Source: a virus
Lineage: Duplodnaviria; Caudoviricetes
Virus record (IMG/VR): IMGVR_UViG_3300020708_000005
Coordinates: 1 to 25,137 of that record
Length of the DNA: 25,137 nt
Strand: one strand, 5' to 3'
Shown: positions 1 through 8,966 of the stretch, one piece after another
Numbering within the stretch: position 1 is the first letter of the stretch
Layout: each line of letters begins with the position of its first letter
Made by a program: the position numbers and the translations under genes
The notes under the pieces: model-generated
The model's database searches: none
What the model was told of the DNA's origin: nothing
The model's input: the letters and a program-made list of their open reading frames with translations, nothing else

Positions 1-572
1 GGCGGGTCAACTAGGAACACAACGCCGGTGATATGTTTCCACCTATCAAATAACTGTCTGTAATCCATTTTTACAATATCAACACCGTCCAGATAATCAT
101 CACACAGTTCGTAGTCATTTTTCCGGACAACGTTATACATGGTTTGCTTTGCCAAATCATCATAACTCATTGCGTAATTCATGCTGAATAACAGGCTTGA
201 ACTGATTGTGACATAATCAATGTAACCGGTTAGTTTCTCTTCGCGTTGTACAGCCTTTAGGATGCATTTCTTCGCTTCCGGATTAATAACCTTATCAACC
301 GGTGCATCGCCCAGGATAACACGAAACTCAGCCAGTAATGCGTTCGTGCGTTCAATATTTCGGATGCGTAGATGATAATCATCAAAATCGTTGTAAATAA
401 CCATTGAGTCCGGGAACTGTTGTTTTACCCAATGGCTCAATAAGCCACTACCACCAAACAAATCAACAAACATCGGTGCGTCACTGAATTGTTTTAATGC
501 CTCTTTAAAGGAGGTTTGAAACCTCCGCTTTTGCCCCTGAAACGGCAGAGGCGACTAATTGAAATTTTTCAT
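1..572 (-). pseudogene. Dam-like (D12 class) DNA adenine methyltransferase with in-frame TAG at codon 6; 3' end outside the window
   Basis: Manual translation from ATG 572: MKNFN*SPLPFQGQKRRF...FVDLFGGSGLLSH...IYNDFD...VVFLVDPP(edge). SAM-binding FxGxG and the start of DPPY are in one frame. TAG is at 557-555. Not in the ORF track. Confidence 0.8.
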
Positions 573-604
573 TTTACTTTTTTTGTTTTATAATTAATAA
601 TACG

Positions 605-612
605 TACTTTTG
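605..612 (+). promoter_or_regulatory. Bacteroidota sigma-A -7 element TACTTTTG, antisense to the late operon
   Basis: Exact TAnnTTTG directly before a structured intergenic segment. Confidence 0.5.
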
Positions 613-615
613 TAG

Positions 616-747
616 TCTCTCACAACTAAAAATGCGAATACACCGCGCCATGGACATTTAGCCCCTGGGTTTGCGGTGTATTCGCATTTTATGTATAGAG
701 AGGTGAGAGTCTCTATATGACCGGGGGTTTTCCGCCCCCATTATTTT
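616..747 (+). ncRNA. Candidate structured small RNA or leader upstream of the methyltransferase
   Basis: Perfect 18-bp stem 629-646/673-690; hairpin 694-701/710-717; GGGGG/CCCCC hairpin 723-739; alternative pairings 617-623/703-709 and 661-668/721-728. Confidence 0.5.
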
Positions 748-748
748 A

Positions 749-1180
749 TCATTTAAATAGCCATCTTGCTGTGGTAAATGTCATCTTCCAAACTACCAAT
801 CCATCGGTTCGTTGTTCCTGATATCTGCTGGTACATTCCAACTGCTCGAAGTTTACCGGTTCTAATCCTTGCATAGCGTTATATAAACTATCCGCCTGAA
901 TAGTCCATTCTAACGATCGGTTAAGAATTATTTCGGGGGTATCCGCAGATGTTCTACTACCATTAGCATCATAAGCAAGTCTCAAAGTAATTGATGCCTT
1001 TTCCCGTTGATCGCTATCCTCTGAAACATCGCTTAAAGTAAAGGTAAAGCGGAGTAAAACGCATGGATATTTCAGAGGTTTACGATCTTCAATAGATTCT
1101 AATTGTCCGCTGTCAAAGTCAATCCATTTAATCCCGATAGTTTTTATTGGCTCAATGAGAGCGATATATAAATCTTTCAT
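749..1180 (-). CDS. Putative tail terminator/completion protein (Mu gp37-like)
   Basis: 143 aa, directly after the gpG-like gene. The WIDFDSGQLE...PLKYPCVLL pattern is typical of this gene in Bacteroidota Mu-like phages. Confidence 0.55.
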   Translation of the reverse strand: MKDLYIALIEPIKTIGIKWIDFDSGQLESIEDRKPLKYPCVLLRFTFTLSDVSEDSDQREKASITLRLAYDANGSRTSADTPEIILNRSLEWTIQADSLYNAMQGLEPVNFEQLECTSRYQEQRTDGLVVWKMTFTTARWLFK

Positions 1181-1181
1181 T

Positions 1182-1739
1182 TTATTCTTGTGATTTTAAA
1201 ATACGTTTCAGTTCATTTTCTATTTTCTCTCTAATCGAATCATTCAATATATCGGATTTCCCAATAAACGGACGCGGTTTCATTATAAATTCCGCTTTCC
1301 CAAATACCTTAGCCGGCATTCCAAACTGATGAACTGCAGCATAAGGCTTATCAGTTCCAACCGTCACTCTATCTGATTTAATTACGTAGTGAATGGAATT
1401 TTTAAGCTCAGATGTTGATCCGGTCAATATTTTATTTTTCGTTGCTTCCGGCGAAAAATTGGTAATACCTTTATTTATCTCCTCCTTTTTTCTTTTTGGC
1501 TTATTCGAATTAGCAGAATTACTTCCGTATGAAAATCCATACCACTCGCTTTCCGGATTACGCCGTTTTACATCATGCCATTTTTTTATATTTTTATCCT
1601 CAAATCCTTCATTGACGAATGACTGTGTATAATGGTTAACAGCTTCCACACCAATAATCTTTGGTAGCTTCTCCTTTTGAAATTTAACAACTTCTTCAAG
1701 ATGATTATGGAATATTTTTTTAAATTCGTCAGGATTCAT
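1182..1739 (-). CDS. Phage virion morphogenesis protein (Mu gpG-like)
   Basis: Motifs SFVNEGF..KW, KILTGSTSELKNSI, VGTDKPYAAVHQFG, MKPRPFIG. Start moved to ATG 1739 (MNPDEF) to avoid overlap with the upstream gene. Confidence 0.85.
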   Translation of the reverse strand: MNPDEFKKIFHNHLEEVVKFQKEKLPKIIGVEAVNHYTQSFVNEGFEDKNIKKWHDVKRRNPESEWYGFSYGSNSANSNKPKRKKEEINKGITNFSPEATKNKILTGSTSELKNSIHYVIKSDRVTVGTDKPYAAVHQFGMPAKVFGKAEFIMKPRPFIGKSDILNDSIREKIENELKRILKSQE

Positions 1740-1746
1740 AAAAATT

Positions 1747-2169
1747 TTACGGACGGGGTTGTAAAAAATCAATTTCAAAAACAGCAAAAACTATTGTTGC
1801 ACCAGCTATTTTTGTGAGTTTATCCACCTTTGAAGTTCCCTCGTAAATAAGAGTGAAGGTTTTATTCAGATCAGTAATTTGAAGTGTCACTGAACCAGGA
1901 ACAGCCAGAGCTGCGAAAAGCGCATTATATCGCGTCCAAAATTGTGTATCGGACGATGCTTTCAGGGCAAATGACATTTTAAACCGCTTAGCCGAGAATG
2001 TAAGAGGACTTGTCATATCAACCAATACACCGTCATAGTCGGTATACTCATATTCTAACCTTTTACGAGGCATAGGTGGCAGGAGTAGATCATTATAACT
2101 TCCTTTCATAATTGCTGCACCATATACGGTGTATAGGTCACTTCCGTTTAAATACCATTTTCCTATCAT
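1747..2169 (-). CDS. Putative distal tail (Dit-like) protein
   Basis: 140 aa immediately after the tape measure. N-terminal WYLNGSDLYTVYG...KGSYNDLL pattern. The call is mainly positional. Confidence 0.55.
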   Translation of the reverse strand: MIGKWYLNGSDLYTVYGAAIMKGSYNDLLLPPMPRKRLEYEYTDYDGVLVDMTSPLTFSAKRFKMSFALKASSDTQFWTRYNALFAALAVPGSVTLQITDLNKTFTLIYEGTSKVDKLTKIAGATIVFAVFEIDFLQPRP

Positions 2170-2170
2170 T

Positions 2171-5100
2171 TTATATAACTTTAAGTCCGTTTACACGCCA
2201 ATATTCCATTGTAGAGTCCATTCTTTCCAACTTTCGACAGAATTCCGTATTGTCTGCAATTCGTTGTTGAATAGCTATTTGTTGACTCATCATTTCAGCT
2301 GAGTTTTGATACATACCTACAATTTCAGCCACATTCAATCGCATCGCTACAATTTGACCTACTAATGCGCTACCTGTATCTTCGGTCATATTTTGAACAT
2401 CACCCTGAATTCCTTTAGCAGTAGAATTATCCACTAATCCAAGGTCACTGTACATTTTTTGATCCTGTTGTGCACGAGTATCCAAGGCTTTTTTATCAGA
2501 GTCAATTATAGCCTGTTCCTGAGCCGTAATTATCCCATCCGACATAAATGCGGCAAGATCATTCATTAATTTTGTTGTACCTGGTTGTAAATCTTTTTTT
2601 AAGGTTTCGAGCAATGCCGTTTTAAATAGATTTTTTACAACATCAGCAGATTTAGCAGCGGCATCCTCGCCTGTAGTAAAAGCATCGGCGTAAGCCTGTG
2701 CAAATTCATCAATAGCCGACATAACTGTTTCGCCGGTCAAAGCCTCAATTAGAGCATCTCTATTCGCTATCTCTTTTTGCGATATATCGTCCAACTTCTG
2801 ATCGTATGCATCAAGTGCTTTTGTATCCGGATGGCTTTTAGATTGCTCAGCTCTTCGTTGATTCGCTATTAATTTTTGCTGCTGCTGTAAATTAACATAT
2901 TCCTGATTGAGTAATTGTGCCTTATCGGTACTAAATGCACTTCCGATTGCCTCTTCTAACTTATTGTATGCCTTAGCTAATGCATCAATCGCTTTCTGAT
3001 CATTCGCTATTTGTTTCTCAGCTTTTTTAGTTTTAGTATCAAAAAGAGCGAAAAGATTTGTAATAATTTCAATTCCACCTGATATCATATCGAGCGGATT
3101 TCCGGATAGCATTTTTGATACACCATCAACTACACCGATTATTTCAGTTGCCGATTTCTTGGTTTCGTCATCGAGTATACCTAGCTGATCCATGCCATTC
3201 ATCACATCATTCAGAACTCTACCAACACCGGCAACGGCTGTCGATGCAGTCTTCCCTACCGCTTCGTCAGCTTTGTTGGCGGCATCCTCTAAATCAGCCA
3301 ATTGCGTAAGCGTTGTTTTTGGGTCGGATTTAGCATTATCTAAAGCTGTATGTGCATTCGACTGATCACTTAGCGCATTAAATACATTAGTAAATGGGTC
3401 ATTAGACTTGTTGACTGATTTCTTTACCTGAACGGAATTTACTTTATCTAACAATTTTTGTGCATCCTCATCGCTTAATGACCCCTCCTCCTGTTCTGCC
3501 TTAATTCTTAGCTTTATATCATCAATTAGTTTTTGCGTTAATTCCTTGCTAATCTGTAATTTTTCATCAGTAGCCAGTTTGTATGATTCAGTATCTTTTA
3601 TATAACTGGCTGTTTGAACACTTACAGCGTTATCGCTTTCCTGTTGTATGACCTCCGACGCTGTACGTGCTTCGGCAGCTTTTTGAGTTGCCCAGGCTTT
3701 TACTTCAGGAGATGCTGTCGGATCGGCGGCAAGCTTTTCCAGTTCGGCAGCTTTATTTTCCAGATCGGTAATTTTAGCCTGATAACCAAATTCAATCTTA
3801 ACCCGCTTATCGGCACTCTCACCCGCCAGTTTGGTGATATCATCACCCCACTTTTTATAAGCCCCGGTTCGCTTTCCTAAAAAAGCGTTATCGAGGGTTA
3901 TCATTTCATCATTCAACTTCTTTGCTAATTCCGGGTCAATAGCATTGATTGATGCGTTAATATCTTCCGGTTTAGTAGACAGGCTTTTAAACCCTTTATC
4001 ATCTTTATGTGACTTATTATAGGCATCAATAATGGCAACTTCTTTTTCAGTGATTTTCTGAATTTCGAGGTCTTTTTCCAGGTCAATTTCAGCCAGGCGT
4101 TTTTGCAAACTGTCTTCCTGTTGCTGAACCAGTAATTTTGCTGTTTGATCATGAATGGCCAGGATTTCTTTTTGAAAGGCTTTAGCGGCATCGAATTGCT
4201 CTTTAGTGGCTTTGTCTTTTTTATTCTTATCATCATTAAACAATAATACGTCTGCATTTTCATTAATTATTTTATTAATGCCGTTCATTGTTTCTTTTAA
4301 ATCCGCTCTCTTTTTAGCTATTTCTTTCAATTTACTTACCGCGTTGTCGTACTCCTTAAGAGAGCCTCCTGATGCCGCATTATCATATACTCCGGCATCA
4401 TCTCCTGAATAATCAATGCGTGAAGCTGCGGCATCATTAGCAGCTTGATTTTGAGCTTTAATTGTTTTGTTTTTTGTTTCTTCCAATTGAAGGTCTAAAT
4501 CCTGAGCATAAATTTCAGATAACTTTCCTTTTGCAGCTTCAGCTAATGCCTGCCGATTTAATGCTTTAATATACTCATCAATAGCTTTTGTGTTTTCCCT
4601 GATTAATTTTCCCTGACTATCAATTTGCGCGTTATAGTCTGGGATTAGTTCTTTTAGTTTTCTTATTGCCGTTTCTTTATCTTTATAGCTTGCAGTCGCT
4701 GAGTTTAAAACAGCTCTTAATGCTTCTATATTAACCGCTTGCTTTGCAAATTCTTTATTTGCTTCAGAAGAAATTTCAATAAATAATTTTTGCCTTTCAG
4801 CCACTTTTTCCTGAGCAGATTTATACTGTTCATACAGCACAATAAGTGCCGTAATAGCTATACTCAATCCAATTGTAAGCGTAGCCATTAAAGCCCTGGC
4901 TGCAACGGTCGAAATACCCATTGCCGCCGCCACTTTAAGTTCAGCAGCTGCAAGAGCATCCTTTATTGGAACTAAAATTTTAAGTCGCGAATAGCTGTTT
5001 TCATTCAGCATTTCGGCGGCCTGTGTTAAACCTATGGTAATAGCCATTACAGCCTGCAGGCGCATCTGTATTTTAGCCATATCCTCATTTTCGCCTGCGA

Positions 5101-5671
5101 ATAGGCTCATTGCACCTGTAGCGGCTGTAAAGGCTCCGGCCATACCGGTTACAGTTTGCGTAGCAGCATGCATTCCACCTTCGGGGTCACCTAATACTTT
5201 AGCCTGTTTATTGGCTGCATTCATTCGTTGCTGAAGTCCGCCTAATATTTCTTGTTGCTGTGCATAAACCTCAGTTCCTCGCAGTCCGGCTTGTGCCATT
5301 TGGTCGAGTGCTTGTTTTGCATTCATCACCTGGGTACGAAGGCGAACATTTGCTTCAGCTGTTTCGTCTACTTTTGCAGCATAGTCGCCAAGTGCTGCTT
5401 TTTCTTCTGCTAATGCCTGTTTCGCGGAATTTAATTCCTGAATCAGCTGATTTTTTTCATTACCCGGAGCTGCCTTGCTTATTTTAGCCTCAATATTCTT
5501 CATGTCGGCTTCAATCTGCAAAATAACGTCCTTTTGTTCCTGCACGGCTGCTCTGGCACTTTCTACCGCACGCTTTCCTGCATTGGCGATATCGTCAATA
5601 CTTTTTTCAATTTTAGGTGCTTCCTGGTCAATATTACCACCGAGCATAAAATCTATATTTACAGGTTCCAT
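2171..5671 (-). CDS. Tail tape measure protein
   Basis: 1166 aa, Ala/Lys/Glu/Gln-rich helical protein with hydrophobic segments, downstream of tube and chaperone genes. Confidence 0.9.
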   Translation of the reverse strand: MEPVNIDFMLGGNIDQEAPKIEKSIDDIANAGKRAVESARAAVQEQKDVILQIEADMKNIEAKISKAAPGNEKNQLIQELNSAKQALAEEKAALGDYAAKVDETAEANVRLRTQVMNAKQALDQMAQAGLRGTEVYAQQQEILGGLQQRMNAANKQAKVLGDPEGGMHAATQTVTGMAGAFTAATGAMSLFAGENEDMAKIQMRLQAVMAITIGLTQAAEMLNENSYSRLKILVPIKDALAAAELKVAAAMGISTVAARALMATLTIGLSIAITALIVLYEQYKSAQEKVAERQKLFIEISSEANKEFAKQAVNIEALRAVLNSATASYKDKETAIRKLKELIPDYNAQIDSQGKLIRENTKAIDEYIKALNRQALAEAAKGKLSEIYAQDLDLQLEETKNKTIKAQNQAANDAAASRIDYSGDDAGVYDNAASGGSLKEYDNAVSKLKEIAKKRADLKETMNGINKIINENADVLLFNDDKNKKDKATKEQFDAAKAFQKEILAIHDQTAKLLVQQQEDSLQKRLAEIDLEKDLEIQKITEKEVAIIDAYNKSHKDDKGFKSLSTKPEDINASINAIDPELAKKLNDEMITLDNAFLGKRTGAYKKWGDDITKLAGESADKRVKIEFGYQAKITDLENKAAELEKLAADPTASPEVKAWATQKAAEARTASEVIQQESDNAVSVQTASYIKDTESYKLATDEKLQISKELTQKLIDDIKLRIKAEQEEGSLSDEDAQKLLDKVNSVQVKKSVNKSNDPFTNVFNALSDQSNAHTALDNAKSDPKTTLTQLADLEDAANKADEAVGKTASTAVAGVGRVLNDVMNGMDQLGILDDETKKSATEIIGVVDGVSKMLSGNPLDMISGGIEIITNLFALFDTKTKKAEKQIANDQKAIDALAKAYNKLEEAIGSAFSTDKAQLLNQEYVNLQQQQKLIANQRRAEQSKSHPDTKALDAYDQKLDDISQKEIANRDALIEALTGETVMSAIDEFAQAYADAFTTGEDAAAKSADVVKNLFKTALLETLKKDLQPGTTKLMNDLAAFMSDGIITAQEQAIIDSDKKALDTRAQQDQKMYSDLGLVDNSTAKGIQGDVQNMTEDTGSALVGQIVAMRLNVAEIVGMYQNSAEMMSQQIAIQQRIADNTEFCRKLERMDSTMEYWRVNGLKVI

Positions 5672-5677
5672 AATGGT

Positions 5678-5790
5678 CTGCCCACTAACCCCCTAAAGGG
5701 GGAACCGGAGAGCGCGGCTTTATCTTATTTATTTTTCAAAAAAAACATTCAATTTTCTTTCTTTTTCCCACTTTAGTAGGTTAGGGGCAG
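5678..5790. repeat. Inverted doublet of a GC-rich REP-like repeat (REPIN/MITE-like)
   Basis: CTGCCCACTAACCCCCTAAAGGGGGAA (5678-5704) versus reverse complement of 5765-5790, CTGCCCCTAACCTACTAAAGTGGGAA, around a ~60-bp AT-rich spacer. Confidence 0.7.
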
Positions 5791-5791
5791 T

Positions 5792-6010
5792 TTAGTTCAT
5801 TAAGAATTCCGCCAGTTCCTCATCACTTTCAATTTCTTTTTTTTGCTTGGTAGATATTAACCTTGGTGCATCGGCTAATTTCATTTGAAAGTTAAACCAA
5901 CTTTCTCCCCATAGGATATAATCATGTGTCCAACCGGTCTCTTTTTGCAGGCTGTATATTAATCCGAAAAGGCTATGGGAGCTTTCGCTCCGAGACTCCT
6001 TTTCACTCCC
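5792..6010 (-). CDS. Tail assembly chaperone C-terminal (gpT-like) frame, probably reached by a -1 frameshift; start approximate
   Basis: HSLFGLIYSLQKETGWTHDYILWG...MKLADAPR lies in the -1 frame overlapping the upstream chaperone. There is no ATG before the conserved-looking part, and it sits just before the tape measure. Confidence 0.65.
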   Translation of the reverse strand, partial: GSEKESRSESSHSLFGLIYSLQKETGWTHDYILWGESWFNFQMKLADAPRLISTKQKKEIESDEELAEFLMN

Positions 6011-6501
6011 GGACTCAGATTCATCGGACTGGTCATCGCCATCTTCTCGATAAATTTGATAGTATTCATAAAAGACTCTACTCTCCCATATACGAATAGC
6101 CACATGATAAGTTCCTGTATCTGGTCTCCATTTAAGTTATTCCGTAAATATCTGCCGAACGGCCTTGCTAAAAGCGGTATCTTCAAACGTGAATTCAACA
6201 GGCAGCTCGCTACAATTCGGCAAACCGGTTTTAAATTTTCATGTATCGTCTTCAGGTCAACCGATATCGGTTCTATTCCGGTGTCTTTTATCTTTTTTGC
6301 GAGTTCGTCTGGAACCCCCATTAAAGGGACGGGGGTCGGCAGTTCCGTCAAATAAAGCAACGTACCTAACCTCAAGCGTCTCACCACTATCCGTATTTTC
6401 TTTTTACCAAATAGCTGAAATAAAAAAGGCGCCGGTATATGAAATGCCGCGCCTCTGTCGAGCAGCGCGAGAGCTGCCGCTTGTTCTGTATGTTTATCCA
6501 T
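5959..6501 (-). CDS. Tail assembly chaperone (lambda gpG-like)
   Basis: Between tail tube and tape measure. Start set at ATG 6501 (MDKHTEQ) because the longer ORF reads through a palindromic repeat. Confidence 0.7.
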   Translation of the reverse strand: MDKHTEQAAALALLDRGAAFHIPAPFLFQLFGKKKIRIVVRRLRLGTLLYLTELPTPVPLMGVPDELAKKIKDTGIEPISVDLKTIHENLKPVCRIVASCLLNSRLKIPLLARPFGRYLRNNLNGDQIQELIMWLFVYGRVESFMNTIKFIEKMAMTSPMNLSPGVKRSLGAKAPIAFSD

Positions 6502-6514
6502 TGTGTTATTATTA

Positions 6515-6544
6515 TGTAGAGACGCAAAATTTTGCGTCTCTACA
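6515..6544. repeat. Perfect 30-bp palindrome, GTAG-type REP-like element
   Basis: TGTAGAGACGCAAAA-TTTTGCGTCTCTACA in the tube/chaperone intergenic gap. Confidence 0.8.
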
Positions 6545-6553
6545 AATAAATTA

Positions 6554-7051
6554 TTATCCAATCTTTATTGCTGATACTCCGGCTTTTGTTGGAGTCAATA
6601 CACGACCTTCAATATTTACTTTCAGGATTCCGGCACGCGACAATTTATAGTCGATAGTAGCTTTCAGGCTTACACGTGGTAGAGTAATTACTTTGCCTGA
6701 TTTAGGGGTAATTTTAACAGACTTTTCCAAAATATCGCTGGTTGACGGGGAAGTCCATGTGTCATTCGGAGCAGTTCCGGTGGCAGTACCTCCTAAAATG
6801 GAAACCAATGTAGCCGGAGTTACATCAGTAATGGCAAACTTGATTGTTGTTTTTTTCACACCTGGAACAATAGCAAATGGTTCATCAGCTTCCTCGCAAA
6901 TATGTTCCGTGTCTGCATCCTGAGTTTGTGTGAATTCAGCCGTTTCTTTATAAGTCACCCCTAATGGTGCAAAAGTGGTGGATACGTCTCCATCCGATGC
7001 AATAGCCCCAATCTGAATGGAAGCTACGCCTAAATTTCTTGTTTCTGACAT
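6554..7051 (-). CDS. Major tail (tube) protein
   Basis: 165 aa, Thr/Ser-rich beta-type protein (LGVTYKETAEF, KITPKSGKVITLPR) upstream of chaperone and tape measure. Confidence 0.8.
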   Translation of the reverse strand: MSETRNLGVASIQIGAIASDGDVSTTFAPLGVTYKETAEFTQTQDADTEHICEEADEPFAIVPGVKKTTIKFAITDVTPATLVSILGGTATGTAPNDTWTSPSTSDILEKSVKITPKSGKVITLPRVSLKATIDYKLSRAGILKVNIEGRVLTPTKAGVSAIKIG

Positions 7052-7062
7052 ACTAATTATTT

Positions 7063-7488
7063 TTAATTGATTTTTAAAAGCTTTTTAATTATTGATTGAA
7101 TTGGCGACCAGGTCACCAGTTTAAAGACTGCAAAGGCAGCGAGAACAATAACAAGGATAAACCCGCTTCCTTTTTCTGAAGTTTCTTTCGAATTTAGAAA
7201 AGTTTGAACTCGAATTGTATCCGTATTATTTACTGTATCTTTTTGAATATGAATCCGGTCTTTATAGATTGTTTGAAATTTAGAAATCCGAATAGTGTCT
7301 CCTTTTTTCTCAACATAAATACTATCGCGCTTGCTAAAGTAAACACTGTCTAATTGGATTTTATTCACGTATTCAGTATGGTTAATTATGCGTTCAGTTG
7401 GTTTACACCCAATCAGCATCAATACCACTAAAGCACTAAATACCTGAAACCTCTTTAGCTTCCTGCTTTTTCTGATCAATATTTTCAT
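7063..7488 (-). CDS. Lipoprotein, putative spanin (unimolecular-spanin topology)
   Basis: Basic N-terminus, hydrophobic core and lipobox LIG-C; DS/DT-rich beta region; C-terminal TM GFILVIVLAAFAVF; last gene of the lysis cassette. Confidence 0.65.
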   Translation of the reverse strand: MKILIRKSRKLKRFQVFSALVVLMLIGCKPTERIINHTEYVNKIQLDSVYFSKRDSIYVEKKGDTIRISKFQTIYKDRIHIQKDTVNNTDTIRVQTFLNSKETSEKGSGFILVIVLAAFAVFKLVTWSPIQSIIKKLLKIN

Positions 7489-7861
7489 GATTAATAGAGT
7501 CTAAAATTTTGAGTATTTTTACGTTTGTCTGGGTTAACTTCTTAACCTCAGTACGAAGTTGTGAGACTTCCTCAGCCATTTTGGTATAACTGTCGTAAAT
7601 AGACTGTGCTCTTTGTTCCGCAGCTTGTGCCCTTAACTCACTTTTTTCAGCACTTTCGCGCCATATAGTTATTGCCTTAGTTACATTATCCAGCTCAGTA
7701 CTTTCGGTCGATGCCACAGTTCCGTCTGCCTCGGCAGCTGCCTTTTTACGGATAGACCGTAGTGTTAGAAATGTCACAAATAGTCCACCTCCTAAAATTA
7801 GGTTAAGAACCAAACTTACAGTATCAAACCATTGTGAATTAATTGTCAATGCCTCGCTCAT
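7436..7861 (-). CDS. Single-TM coiled-coil lysis-cassette protein (holin-like or lysis regulator)
   Basis: N-terminal TM (VSLVLNLILGGGLFVTFLTL) followed by RSIRKK and a long coiled coil. Confidence 0.55.
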   Translation of the reverse strand: MSEALTINSQWFDTVSLVLNLILGGGLFVTFLTLRSIRKKAAAEADGTVASTESTELDNVTKAITIWRESAEKSELRAQAAEQRAQSIYDSYTKMAEEVSQLRTEVKKLTQTNVKILKILDSINHENIDQKKQEAKEVSGI

Positions 7862-7867
7862 ATCAGG

Positions 7868-8071
7868 CTATTTTATGTAGTTACTTAATACGGTTAGTAA
7901 TGAAGATCCACCGGCCAATCCGGCAAATATATAAATCAATGTGTGGTCAATCTGAATTCCAAAGGCATTAATTGCTACTATGATAATCAGAACCAATACA
8001 GATATAAGCGAAATTAAACGCTTTTCATCTGCGTCATTAGAGTTACTCAATAGTATCTGTAACCACTTCAT
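7868..8071 (-). CDS. Putative two-TM holin
   Basis: 67 aa from ATG 8071 (MKWLQILL), two hydrophobic helices, located in the lysis cassette. Confidence 0.6.
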   Translation of the reverse strand: MKWLQILLSNSNDADEKRLISLISVLVLIIIVAINAFGIQIDHTLIYIFAGLAGGSSLLTVLSNYIK

Positions 8072-8435
8072 TAGCTTGCTCGTTTTCAGGTTCGGAAATA
8101 TCAATATCGGTCAACGGATTGTCCGATACCTTGGTAATGTCAGGATAAATCGTTTTAAGCTCATTTACCACACGATCAATACTTTCCTTTTGCTGCTCAG
8201 TACGGGTATCGGCGGCACTTCCGCTTTCATCAATGCCGCCCTCCCAGCAAATATCAATCTGATTTCGCACCTGATCAAGTGGGCGAACAGCCTCTACATA
8301 ACCGCTTTTCCTGACATAGAAAAAGTAGTTAATCGGTTGTAAATTTTCTCTCCTGAAAATAATAGCCTGGTCGGAATTATAGTCAACGCAAAACTGCGTA
8401 CCTGCACTGATAATACCTATTTTTATGACTTTCAT
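8043..8435 (-). CDS. Degenerate T7-lysozyme-like (Amidase_2) protein lacking Zn ligands
   Basis: Retains YFFYVRKSG..RPL, IDICWEGGID..ADTRTEQQK and LKTIYP but contains no His. Starts at an ATGA overlap with the endolysin stop. Confidence 0.7.
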   Translation of the reverse strand: MKVIKIGIISAGTQFCVDYNSDQAIIFRRENLQPINYFFYVRKSGYVEAVRPLDQVRNQIDICWEGGIDESGSAADTRTEQQKESIDRVVNELKTIYPDITKVSDNPLTDIDISEPENEQANEVVTDTIE

Positions 8436-8950
8436 ACTTGAAATTTGAATGAGTTTAAGCGGTTCAACCAACCTTTATGAAATACTTCCTGACTGGGATC
8501 ATTCTTACAAATGCCGTCAAAGAAAGCTTTCCGGGCCAACCACAATTTTTTAAACAGTTCCGACTGATCACCTGAATTAATTGCTGCGAGCGTTTTAGAA
8601 CCTACTACGCCATCCGGAAGCAGTCCGAGTGCTTCCTGTGGTTTTTTAATGCCCCATGCGCCTGAGTTCCACACCCAATCCACCAGTAAGTTGGCAATAC
8701 TTTGATTATTGATCTGATCGGCCTGCCAACTATCCCAATACTTTTTCAGGATATTGACTACATCGGCATGATTAATCAAAGCTAAATCGTTAGCATCAAT
8801 ATCACCATCTCCGTCTTTGTCATAGCCCTGACTTTTCCACGTTGCCAGCGTAACGCCCATATTAGTGGCGTGTCCTTTGTCATTCGGGTTGTTCACTTTT
8901 CCGCCTTCAACCTGAAATTCAATTGGTATTAATGAATCTATCTTTGCCAT
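8432..8950 (-). CDS. Endolysin, glycoside hydrolase family 108 with C-terminal peptidoglycan-binding domain
   Basis: EGGKVNNPNDKGHATNMGVT, DWVWNSG, DGVVGSKTLAAIN and FHKGWLNRL motifs; DKDGDGDIDANDL EF-hand-like insert. Confidence 0.9.
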   Translation of the reverse strand: MAKIDSLIPIEFQVEGGKVNNPNDKGHATNMGVTLATWKSQGYDKDGDGDIDANDLALINHADVVNILKKYWDSWQADQINNQSIANLLVDWVWNSGAWGIKKPQEALGLLPDGVVGSKTLAAINSGDQSELFKKLWLARKAFFDGICKNDPSQEVFHKGWLNRLNSFKFQV

Positions 8951-8966
8951 GATTTAAATTTTGAAC

